A stretch of 63,932 nucleotides of DNA, counting the filler, from Choristocarpus tenellus KU-1152 (lineage: Eukaryota > Protista > Phaeophyceae), in assembly GCA_964200185.2 (NCBI GenBank). It is 11 parts of 11 records of this genome, joined end to end, with 100 filler letters (N's around TTAATTAATTAA, not from the genome) between each part and the next. Parts side by side here need not be neighbours in the genome. Positions count along the whole stretch, not along the records: positions 48,164 to 60,697 come from CAXNAD020001805.1; positions 60,798 to 63,932 come from CAXNAD020022074.1; 9 more parts are not named here. One strand, given 5' to 3'. Under the pieces are notes generated by a model. That model worked only from the letters and a program-made list of their open reading frames with translations, searched no databases and had not been told where the DNA came from. The translations under genes and the position numbers were made by a program. Below, piece after piece: positions 51,201 through 63,199 of the stretch; position 1 is the stretch's first letter; every line of letters starts with the position of its first letter.

Positions 51201-54200
51201 GGAGGGGGAAGAGGATTCAAGGACTAAACGGGCCTGGGTAGCTCTGGGTAAGAATACTTCCTGCCGTACAGTTCAACGTTGGAGGGCGTTTCTGAAGCAG
51301 GCTGAGCGTCATTTTGACAGTGAGGTGAGGACAGGTGTGGCTGAACAAGGTGGGAATAACTATAGCAGGGCAGGTCAACCTCTATATTAATCTCATTGAA
51401 ATGGCATGGGATAGTAGATCCTTGCATAATAGCTAAGGTTTCGGTTGTATAGCAAAACGCGACTCGCTTCTGTACAGGATTTCTAAACGTTGCAGTCATA
51501 CTCTTGAATAGGGTTTGTCAAGATAGTAATAAACTGCTCTTCTGCTGGGGCACTAGCAATGTGTGGAACTAGTGTCTTGGTCGCATGGTCGTATCCGAAC
51601 ACCTTGATTAAATCAGATGACAGGGTGCTACCTGGCTTAAACCATGGGCCATCAGCTCATTAGTCTCCAGCTATTAGTAGTTTTTGTGTGGATGTATTTA
51701 TCTTTGCTTTTTGCTCTTGAGCCCCACAGGCCACACATTCACAGTCTATCCTTTATCCTCCTACTGGCGGGAGTCAAGGATGGGATCCTCCTTAGCTGAG
51801 GTTTGAGCCGACAACCTTCATTTTTTTTTGTCAAGATATTGAAATACACTGAATCGCCTAGGCATAGGCCTCACTAGGGCCTGGTGCATTGGTTGAACAG
51901 TTAGGTATCTTGATATCTTGGCAGAGCAGCAAAGTGCAGTCAGTCTCACAAGACAAATAGTGTGAAAGAGTTTTGCCTGGTTGTTGTGGCAGGCAGGAGA
52001 GCCGGTTGAGAGAGGACTGAGACATTGTTGTGGCGCATGTTGTGTATACCAATGTTCAATGCTCAAAGTGTGATGATCGATTCACAGAAGACTATGTACT
52101 AAGTAATCCTCATTACTCACAGTGGTTTTGCAAGAATTCTAATAACATGGTACTCAGGTACTGCCCTAAGCTGTGGAGGCTTCTGTTTGTACTCTTGAAG
52201 AACTGTGACCCCTACTTATTGTTCAATGCCATGCACATTTTGTCAGTATAACCGAGCCGTTAGATCATGTATACCCTTCCAGGGGTCACCTTATCTCAGC
52301 GGTTTAATGCAATGTCATGGTGTTGTGTAGTGACCGTCCACCAAGGCTTACTCAAGGAAAACATTTGTAGATGTGCTGCGGTGCTATCCCGATGACAATG
52401 ACTATGCCATCGTGTCCTTATACCCTGCCTCTACAGGCACAAATTAGGAAGCAGTTGTCATTGATCCGCCATGCACACCCAGACATCTCCAATGAGATGG
52501 CATTTGTCGCCCTGGCTCAGTTGGGTGGCCGCGCAGCCGAGGCTGCCGCGATCCTGAACCAGCCCCAGGCCAAGGATGAAGTACGGGTGGTGACCATGGT
52601 GCTGGACATTGGGGTCTTCATCGCTCATGCTCGGGACTCAGCAGAGCGGAGGCGTCACGATCGCCAGCACCAGAGGCAGGAACAAAGGAGGGAGTACATG
52701 AGAAACATACAAAAGCAGAAGGACCAACAGCAGCATCAGCAGCAGCAGACTCACAGGGGGAATAGGTCGGATACAGGTCATGGTGAATGCCCTTTGACAA
52801 GTAGAGCTGACAAAGATTTGAAGGGGAGAAGTTGTGTTGGCAGGGGACCTAGGTTGTGCAGGAGCGGCAGCCCGGTAGAAAGTGGTGTTCCAGAATGTGA
52901 AGTTCATAGGGGCAAGGATGTTTTTGCGGGGCAGGATCGACTGCGCGGCTCAGTCTCTTCGCCAGTACTGTTGCCTCCCCTGGGACTGGGGTCGCGGACA
53001 CCCCCGACTCCTCGTACACTGAAGGACAGGCTCTTTGCATATGACAGCGTTGCCGTGGACATTCCAAGGGGACTTGGCTTGCCGACGGGGGTAGGGCTCG
53101 ATTCGATGGCGTCTTCTAGCACTGCACAGAAAATGCCGCTGAGCCCGATAGTGTTGGGTAGGAAAGGTGGGAGCGAGGAGGAACTGAGGAGGAAAAAACA
53201 TCCCTGCAGGTGAGAGAGGCAGTGGACTCTTCTTCTTCTCCTACGCTGTTGTGAGCCTTATGGAGTAAGGGCCTGAGGCCTGTCAAGATTGGAATTAGAG
53301 TTGAGGTAAAGGCTCAAAGTATCTGGGGGGGTGGGGGGTGGCGACTGTCAAATTTGGGGCCAATTTCTCTTGTCGCGATTTTTGTGTGATTTGGTTGCAT
53401 ACGTCGGATGGATAATATAAGTGCATGTTTCCTGGTTATGGTCCAAATGGACATCGTGGTGTAGAATCCCCCCCCTCCGCAGATACTTTGGGTCAAACGA
53501 TTGGTATCTGGGTTTTGGCCGTTTCGCATTAGAAGTCGTGTTTTTTCATCTTATGTACTTCATGCCTTTTTCTGTGGATCAAGTATTAAGATCGACTCGA
53601 GAGCGTTTATTATTTCTGTATTGTTTTGAAAATTTCCTACACACAGTGTAAAAAGAAAAAGAGACCAATTTTGCATGTACTTGGTTAGCACCTATAAAAT
53701 GTCATCCTGGGCACAACGCGTTTAACTTTGACTTGCAGCACCCTTTCAATGATGATTGAGCAGTAATTTTACGATTGAATGGGATGGGGTAAGGTATGAA
53801 TATACTCCTATGCATGTGTATCAACAATCAACAAACCCAAGTGCATGCATCAAGAGTACTCCGAAGCAACAGCAGCGTGTCACGTCTGCACCAAATGCTT
53901 CACTTTTTTGCTTCCATGCAAAGCATTCGGTAACCTCTCATATTTCTGTGAAAAAAATATACTCCAATGAATGAACAAAAAATATGGAATGGATCAAAAA
54001 ATTAATGCCTGTGCCTTTCATACTCCTACTCTGTATTACTCCGTTTGACACATTTCTTCAACTATCTCGACAGACTAAAGCAGCAAAACCAATGAGCGCA
54101 CTGCATTTTTTCTTTTTCAGGCCAATCGGTTCTAAAGTACTCAAAATATATTAAAAAAATTGTAGATGTTGAGGGATGCGAGATGTATGTGAGGCAGAGT

Positions 54201-55488
54201 GGGCATTCCTGGGAGAAACACCCACAACGATCCAAAATTTCCTCTCAACTTTGGGAGTATGAGTGATCACCAGGTTTAACAACACTACGAACAAAACCCA
54301 TGCATTCTTCTGTAAAATGTGGAACATGAATCATCACCCCTGAAATCCCTAACTATTATCTATTTCATTTCTATGTGTGTGCCCCTCGGATGGATACGCG
54401 CGCGCTCACACACACACATGGCAGGATGACAACCAAGTCATCGCTTCGTTTCCAGGCCAAGCTCCATCAGCAGCAACAGAGGATGGAGGAGATGGCCATG
54501 CCGAGAGACCTTGTTGCCCCACATGTTGGCAAACGTGCCAGATGCCTTGACACATACATCAAACGAGGCCTTGAGAAGGACCACAACCAAACATTGGAAA
54601 GAGATTGCAAAGACCTCAGCAGCTTCACACACGGGGCCGCTTCCTTTGCGCTCCACAATACCTCCTTTGGATCCTCCAAACCTAGTGCCACCGACCAGGC
54701 AACTGGTGATCCTCTTAGGAGAGGTTCACTGTTAGGTCCACTGCCTTCTGGTGAGGCGGAAAGGAGCGGTTCTTTGGCATCCCAAGTAGAGATGCCACCT
54801 GGATGCAGTCATCGAGTGCAACGATACTTTGTTCGGGGTGAGATAGGGTCCATGATGGCGTCCACATCACAAGCAGTGTGCACTCCATCCCATGGTTTCG
54901 AAAATACGTGGTGGTAGTAGAGAGATTTTGGGTTGCTGGGGGTTGGGAATAGAGTAGTGGCAGATGTTGAGTGGGATAGATTTTATCCAATCAATGCTCT
55001 CCAACTCGCCATTGTGAATGCAAAGGTCGCACAACACGTCTCCACACCTCTGCACTCTTGCTGTGAAAGGAGATGCCAAAACAAAGCACTATAGTATCAC
55101 CAATGTGTCAGAGGTTTCGTGACTGAGTGCTTCATTATACATGTATGTTCTTTTGTGTATACATATAAGTGAGAGTGCTGTTGAAGTATTATGTGTATTT
55201 TTTTTGTATTTCTTTAGACCAATTGTCCTGGCTGATTACAATCCTCCTGTGACTTTTTTTTCTATCACAGCAAATTTAACTTTTTTAATTTCCCCCTTAG
55301 ATAAAAAAAAGTTCAAATTGACCAGATTTACTAAATCAGTCCATCTACCTGATGTAACGGCAACCATCAGCTACAAAGACAAGGCAATATTCCCAGCCAC
55401 ATCGATTGACATGCACACCCTTGACATGGCCATCAAAAAACAAGTAGACAAGCAGGTCTCTTACAATAGGCACCCTATAGCCACTTGA
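48247..55488 (+). CDS. Large (~1500 aa) mostly low-complexity acidic protein of unknown function with internal repeats and a UBA/CUE-like helical module; exons ~48247-51324, 52437-53209, 54425-54837, 55301-55488
   Basis: A 3.1-kb uninterrupted ORF plus three further exons joined by GTGAG...AG introns with matching phases (0, 2, 1), ending at TGA 55488. The true start is uncertain because the frame is open back to the MITE at the contig edge. Confidence 0.75.
53311..53494 (+). mobile_element. MITE subfamily B (~180 bp) in intron, TSD AAA
   Basis: GGCTCAAAGTATCTG...CAGATACTTTGGGTC. Confidence 0.85.
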
Positions 55489-57055
55489 CCATAGTCCCAA
55501 ACACATTTTGTGAGAGGAAAGAGGGCAGACAGGAGAACTGCCAATGAAAACAATAGGTTGGTTTAAAAAATAGTACTCTAATTGTGCAACACACATGTAA
55601 GTTGAGTACATTTGTCCATATCATTGTACCAATTCACTGGTGACAACACAAATAATACACTTCTATATTCCACAGAGTGACCCAAACAGGGATATGGTGC
55701 AGTTTGGCAGTAGCACAAGAGGGTCGCAAAAATAGAACAAGTTATCAATGTCGGTATGATGGATTCAGGTTGTACCGTCATTGATATATCTCATACCGTA
55801 TCACATACCACTATACCGACCAGTCACCTATTTTGCTGGCAGCAGTCTCGGATTTTTTGACAAAAAGAAACAAACTGAAGTCTGCCAACTTCACACTACT
55901 ACTTTTATAGTGACTATTTGTAAAGTATTTTAAGCAACTGACAAATAATGCTCAGGGGGGGGGGAGGAAGGGGGAAGAGAGAGAGAGAGAGAGAAGGTCG
56001 CGGGGAGAACATATCCAATCGGGTCCAATATATGACATCCATGGTTTCACAAACAAAAATGATCAATAGATACACGTTGATGTTCACACACACCCAAGTC
56101 TGATAACATCAAAAGCACTGGCATCCGGCAAACAGTTTATACCAAACAGTGACACCAGTATGTGTGCCACCCTCATGACTGCAGCCTGACAATTCCACTT
56201 TCCATTCTCGATCAACTCATTGGCACTGGCAAGGCATTGGCAAGGCATTGGCAAGAAACACCTTTGCCTATTTCCTCCACCATTTCGCATCACGTTCTTC
56301 CCCAAAAATTCAAAATGGGAACACTCATGTACTGTTCAGATGAAACAAAAGAGTTAACTACGGTGTATTCTACTCCTGTATAGTTAAAAGAAACAGAGTC
56401 AAATATCCTCCTTGCCAACCACAGAGTAGATTTACGTTTTCAACCTCTGTACAGCGATCACCGATGCATTCAACCAAGGGGGGGGGGTGAAGGGAAAATT
56501 TTCTACCTCCTCCGAAATGAGACTGCTAAGAAACAAACTTACCCAAAGAGTAGTAGGCACCAAAAACTAACCCGACAAGCTTCCCACGTAATAGCCCAGG
56601 AGGGCACCTCAAAACAGACAAGCAGCCGTCAACCAACCAATCAGAGTTGAAAGGTACAGAGAGAGTCGTTCACTATCACCACCAGCACAAGGAACACACA
56701 CACTCAAAACCATCCTTACTTCTCCATAAGAGTCCAGGACCTCAAACATACTGGTTAAGTAGCCCCCTCCCCCCCCCAAAGCAAAACAACTCGAGAGTTG
56801 CCTCCACCTGTGATCACCCTTTGCACACATCAGTTGAACGCCTTTCCTTCCCCCTGTGACCCCCCCCCCAAAAAAAAATAATAAATAAATGAGGATATTG
56901 TTGTGAAACAATAACAAGCTGTATCCGTTACATCGCCTTCTCCTCACACAAAACCCAAGGATCATCTCAAACTAAAAAATAAAATCTATTTCAGGTAGCT
57001 ATTGATCGCTACACATCCCATACACCCCCAACCCCCCTTACTAATTGCAACCATT

Positions 57056-60000
57056 CTATCGACTACGCTCTTCTGGGCTGACTGAACAGGCAGGACCACC
57101 TGCTCTCGTTGTTGGTTCCACTGCCATGTTCATGTACACCACAGCCCGCTCAGCAGAGAGGGCAGTGTTTGGGCATAGTGACTTGAGGGGAAAATACGGC
57201 GAGAAAACAGTGTAAAGTGCTCAAAGGTCATTGGGCCATTCACTACACTCTTGGAATGGGTTAGGGTTGGAGGGGAAGGCTGATCTTAGGAGCAAAGGTG
57301 CTAGAGGTCAGATTGTCGGGTGGCTGAGCCAAGACAAGCCAGCTCAACGGGCGGGGGAGAAAGATATGCACCCAACAGCATTGTTGCCTCACAGGAAACG
57401 CCTCCACGTGTGTATCAACACCACGGATGCGGGCGTAGACATACACGTGGCGGGCGATGGGAGGGTAGAGTTCAATTGGTCACTCCAAATTGAGAAGCAA
57501 GGTCAACCAATTTTCGACAGTTCAAGCACACACCTCAGGAAGTAATTTTCATCTACACTACCCACAAAAATACCTCGAGATAAAAACAAACACCTGTGAG
57601 AGGTACTGACCTCCTCCAAATACCGTGAGAGGTTTTGATACACGTATGGAGGGGAGGCGGTACAGCTCACCAAAAGCACCAAAAGCCCAAGAGGAAATAT
57701 ATCTGGAAAAAAAAAACTGATACCATATAGTGAAGAGACAATGAGGGCATTCGATTGTACACCAGCTCTCAGACAGGAACCAAAACAGTAAAAAAAAAAG
57801 AGTCACCTTACATCACACTAGAAAGCCTCTGTTATGTGGCAGTGACATCGCAGTTCAGGGGTACAGGGATGGAGGCATCTAGTTCTCCACTGACGGACTT
57901 GCTCTCAACCCCCCCCCACAAAGGACTGGTTTGATGGTTTTCCCAGAGTGCCCCTCCTGTGGGGGTACCAACGAGAGTGATCCAGAGTAGCTCTGGGGCA
58001 CTACGGAGCGGTTCTAAACCAAAAGTTCGCCACGCATGCAACCGTCGTTGTATTGAATGGCGCTGGAGTTGCGTGGACTACTGTGGGATGTGCACAGTAG
58101 CAACAGCAAAGACGTTCACGGTCCAACCAGCAAGATGTATTCAAATACGTGTTCTCACAATGATCTGTCCGCCCCTCGTTTGAAAATAATAATAAGGTAA
58201 TTCAAAATAAGGCACACCCTGGAATGGCACACACACACACACTCCCCTTCCCATTATTGCCTCATTCAAACAACATACAACACACTCTACATTTTTTTTT
58301 TACAACCTGTCGCCCACTCTTTTTTTTTTTTAAACCCAGTATCTTTCTATTCACAGTGTATCCCTGCCTATACTTGACCGTGGGGAGTTTTTTTTTTTTT
58401 TTTTTTTTTCGATTTCTGTCTTGTCTATCAAACAAACTAATGTCTTTAAAAAATATCACACCGTAGATGGTTTGATTTTCGGTCTNNNNNNNNNNCCCCC
58501 CCCCTTTTTTTTTTTAAAACCCAAAACCTTCCTCTCCCCTTTTTTTCCTTTCCTCTACCTGCCCGTGGGGTTTTTTTTTTTTTTTTTTTTTTCGGATTTC
58601 GGTTCATTCAAAGAAACAAAGCAATCACCTTAAAAAACAACAAACATCAAGAGGTTTGCACTGTCGCCAGGCAACAACCACATCTACAGCACAAGAGGAG
58701 AAATTTCTCACCTACAAATAGTACTCATTAAGGTGCGAACCTCTCTCTCCCCTCAACAACAACAACAACAACAACAATAAATAAACATAACCCTCACCAT
58801 TAGCCCGCTGTCCCCTGCAGTAGACCTGGCGTGAAAACCCACGATGTCTTCGGCCTCATCCACATCACTGTACGTACCGCCTACCAAGGTCACGACTCCG
58901 AGGGAGGCCAGTGCCCCCATCTGACTGACACATGTGAGAGGGTCTGACCACTTCACACCATCAAACACGCCTACTGGTGGGGACGCTGAAGGCGGCAGGC
59001 CTAAAAGGCAGTACCCCCCATCCATGGCTGTTGCATTACACAGGGCCGAGGGCAAGCCAAATATTTAAGTGGGTATTACGGGATGGGATGAGACAGAGGC
59101 TTACAATACATGCTTGTAGAGTGTGGACAGATCCCACCACACCAGCTCTTTTATTTCTCAGTTCTTTTCCTGTAACCCTATTATATGATGAGGGAAGCGA
59201 GTCATGCAAATAAAACCGTTACAAAAAATAGTAACGAAAATAGATAAATAAATAGATTATTATTAACTACAAAACCCCCAAAATAAAAATATGTATCTAT
59301 GTATATATATATTTATTTTCTCGAGAGCCTCAGTATCTATCTAGGGCATCATAGAAACTAGGAAGGGCTAACCTGTTCCACGATTGAGTTAGCCCTCAGT
59401 AACTGGTATACAGGACAATACTACCTAAGCGCGCATTGCCTGATTGATACTTCCTCAGGCCATGCGAAAGTCCGTGTAAACTGAGACCCTAACCCTAACC
59501 CTAACCCTATTGCCACAATGGAGTGGTAACCCCTACACCCTAACCCTAAACCCAAAATGTAAAACAACAACAATCAAGTTATTGGTAACTATCACTGCAC
59601 ACGGAGCAGTGGATACTTGTTCCTGACGTCGAACACCCCCCCACCCCCCCAGTTCCCTTCCATCACAACAAATTTCGCCATGAAAAAAGAAATCACGCCG
59701 GAGGGGTTTGAACTCACAAAATGTTTACAGGTACATACTACTGGTAGAAACGGTTTGACCCTACCACCACAGGTTTGCACTAAAAAAACACTGTGCCGGT
59801 GAAGGTATTGCACCTAAAGCATGTCTGCAAAAAAAAGCCCACAATCTCCACGAAATCAACCATACCTACCCAGCAACCAGAAGCTGGAGCACGGGTCTTG
59901 CTTGGGGGTCCCAACGCTCATGCGTATAAAACGCAATCGGCGTGCCATTCTTCTAAAAAAAAAAGAAGCTGTCCTTTGACTGCCTTTTGATAACATCGTT

Positions 60001-60472
60001 CAAATCACAACCATTGCTCCTGGGCAAGGCGTACTTGTTCATACCCGGGAGATGCAAAGCACCTGACCGCAATGGGCATCAAAAATACGGCAGTGTTCTA
60101 AACTAAATAATAAAATATAAAATAGAAATAATAAGCTCGACCAAATGTTACGCTTGCGTATTTGATGCCGTCTCCGTCGAAAAGCTCATCGTACGAATCA
60201 ACTTCAAATTTGCAGAATTCCCAAACTGCCGAAAATGTATTCCATAATAATAATAATAATAATATTAACGCAGTCAAGAACGTTTCAGGAAAAAAGAAGA
60301 TGCATCTATCCAAGGCAACACCTGAGTATGTATGTATGTATGTACAGGTGAAAAAAAGAGGTAAGGGGTTAGTAACCATCTAACCAAATAAAATCAAACC
60401 TACCTGGGCATACAAAAGCACGGTTGTTCCTTGCTGCGGCTGCAGCAGCCTCCACCTCTGCCCATGCCAGCT
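57056..60472 (-). CDS. DUF2064 / TIGR04282-like GT-A fold glycosyltransferase, 3' part; exons 60472-60404, 59027-58798, 57181-57056
   Basis: Spliced peptide ...RAFVCPAMDGGYCLLGLP...VFDGVKWSDPLT...YSDVDEAED...LCPNTA matches the family pattern (V.GPA.DGGY.LIG...F.GI.WS...DVD..EDL...P.T). Phases are consistent. Confidence 0.8.
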
Positions 60473-61195
60473 CTGGTGCATCCATTCCAACAAAGATCAC
60501 TGCGCCCTCTCTGATCGACTCAAACCACCAATAGGAAACAGGAAACAGGGTAAGTAAGCATTCTTTTCAAAAAAAGCATGCATGTGGGCTTGTCTGTGTG
60601 TATTCATTTGGGGGGGGGGGGGGGGGGGGGGGGAAAGGCGGGGGAGGGGAGGGGGGAGGGGAAGAGCACACGCTTGAACCCCAGCCACCCCAAAATCNNN
60701 NNNNNNNNNNNNNNNNNNNNNNNNNNNNNNNNNNNNNNNNNTTAATTAATTAANNNNNNNNNNNNNNNNNNNNNNNNNNNNNNNNNNNNNNNNNNNNAGT
60801 GAAAATCGAAAAAAGGGTGAAAAACGGACGCCGACCCCCCCCCCAGATACTTTGACCCAACTCCAATCTGTCCTACTATGCTCTGCTTCTGAGATGCTTC
60901 AAGGAAAGAAGGCATTTGGTCCTAGGGCCCAAGCAGGTGGCTGGCACCTGCTTGTACTTGAACTCTTGCACAGCCTATTTTGCCTGACTATCTGCTCGGT
61001 AGCTCAGGGGTTTACTACTGTATCAACAAACGCTACTCTCGTGGGATCGAATCTCACTGAGGTTACATCCGTCAAAAGGCTAAATACGCCGCCAGGATAC
61101 ATCCTGACTTTCTGCTCGGTAGCTCAGGGGTTTACTAGTGTTTCAACAGCCTACGTGGACCCTCACTACAGCCAAACGTAATGTTATTGGTTCCA

Positions 61196-61374
61196 GACCC
61201 AAAGTATGTGGGGGGTGGGAAAGGCTACACCAGGGTGTCCATTTGGGGAAAAATCAGGAAAAGTGCATTTACATTATCCATTCGACGTATGCAACCAAAT
61301 CACCCAAAAATCGCGACATGAAAAAATTGACCCCAAATGGACAGCCGCCACCCCCTCCCCAGATACTTTGAGCC
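61196..61374 (-). mobile_element. MITE subfamily B, TSD TCCA
   Basis: GACCCAAAGTATGTG...CAGATACTTTGAGCC flanked by TCCA on both sides; reverse-complement match to the 53311 copy. Confidence 0.88.
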
Positions 61375-63199
61375 TCCATTGTCAAAGCGGGTGGAAAATT
61401 TTCTATCATGTCTCTTGTGCGCAGGAAGACAGTCTTCTTCTTTGTTGCCCCATGTAGTTCTTCCTCATCATTGCGGAGAGGTCAAGGAAGGGGCTGTAAC
61501 CAGTCGATTTGTTGAAGGAGGTCAACACACAGGTTGCAGAATATGTAGAGGGGGGTGATGAGGGATATGGTGCATAGTAGATCTTCACACCCTGAACGAA
61601 TTTCTGGACCTCCTTGATGGGCACCAGAGGTTTTATCGTAAAAGGCAGCACCTGAATATTGTCAAGTGGGAAGTCAGGGATAGGAGGAGAGAAGAAGAGT
61701 AAAATGATTTATTATATACGAAGGAAACGGATGCTGTCATTGACAGACGACACTAATATTATATTAATCTACTTGGAAAAGTATAGAGTATCTAATTTCT
61801 GTCGAAGGTTCAGTAGCTCCTACTCCTATTATGTAAGTGTAAGTTGTAACCCCATCTAGTTTACATCCCTATGTCCACATCTTTATCCCACTGGAATGGC
61901 ATCAGGTCGGCCTGGATGTCTCTTGAACGTTTTTTTTTCTTACGACAAAAATATAGCATGTTTGAGGTACACCAGCCATTCCATCATGGTGCATGCGCAG
62001 GTCACCTACTACCTTTAGTTGCACCCTGCAGAAACCTTCTTCAGTCCATGCCCTTGATCTTGCAGCATTCCTTCAGGTGACCCTTCTGCTTGCTGGAGTT
62101 GGAACGGACTGCTTCTCTGGGTCCTGTTATGGTTGACTTTTTACCCACCCAAACAATCTGCAGGTGTGACCAGTCAGGCAGATTAGAAGGTATGGCTGTT
62201 GTGTTCTAGTCGAGAGTAAAGTTGTGCGAGCTGTGACTAGTGGATACCTTTTTGTAGTGAACGCGCTAATACTACCTTGGGTGGCATGTGGAGTCAGTTC
62301 TGAGCGTCTTGTGATCAATAAAAAATATATCATACCCGTTTTTTTCGCTTGTGATATCGGTTATTATCATTTGATTGAACCGAAGCTAACCAAACTCTTG
62401 GCATTCACAACTCTCAAGACTAATAAAATTTTCAGTCAACCAACGAAATATACGATGGTAAATGTATCAATATTCACACAAAAAATATAGAAAAAATGAT
62501 GAAAGAACAAATGTAATTGGTTTTTGTTGCATGTTGAATAAATGTATGACATGTGTTGAAAAATTTAACTTGTGTTCGGGAGAATTTTGACTCTTTTGAT
62601 TTGTTATATGAAATTGTTATATCAATAGAAATAATAATGAAATGAGAATAGTCGGAAGGAAAACGAACCAGATTATGCGTGCCGTCCATCCGTCCATCAA
62701 AGGGATCTCAAAACACGACACGACCAGACTAGAAAAAGACAAGAGAGAGGAAGCGAGTCCGAAAGTGGTGGAAGGACACCGCAGACAAGGTTTCTGGAGA
62801 CCTTAGTTTGTACACACTTCTGTATCATATCGTACGGTAGTAATACTATGGTAGGATGGTAAATCTCTCTGTGACCTTTCATTTTATGCTGAGATGAGCA
62901 TTCATGACAGAGGCCACCACGTTACTCGGTGAACCTTTTCCCGCCCCTGGCATGGTATTGAGTAGTGGTGAGGGTGTAGATGTAAGGAAGCGGCCGGCTA
63001 TTGGTCATCTATGCGCCCATGGATTGCCCATCTCATCGTGTGGTCAATGCGCCACGGGTGGAGTCCAGCATAATGGACATTCGACAAGGGAATTACGCAC
63101 TATGCGACAGGGCAGTGGTGGAGTGCCGAGTGTGAGAAAGGTGCGATAAAGTGATGAACTACAGCTTTCTAACGATGAAACATACGCGATCAAAATTTT

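Noticed and set aside
58312-58670. Apparent ~175-bp tandem duplication around a 10-N gap
   Set aside because: The two copies flank a scaffold gap, are homopolymer-rich and differ like low-quality read ends; most likely an assembly overlap artefact.
59364-59509. Telomerase RNA or hammerhead ribozyme
   Set aside because: The telomeric tract is longer than a template region, and no intact CUGANGA-stem II-GAAA core could be assembled on either strand; kept only as an unidentified structured element.
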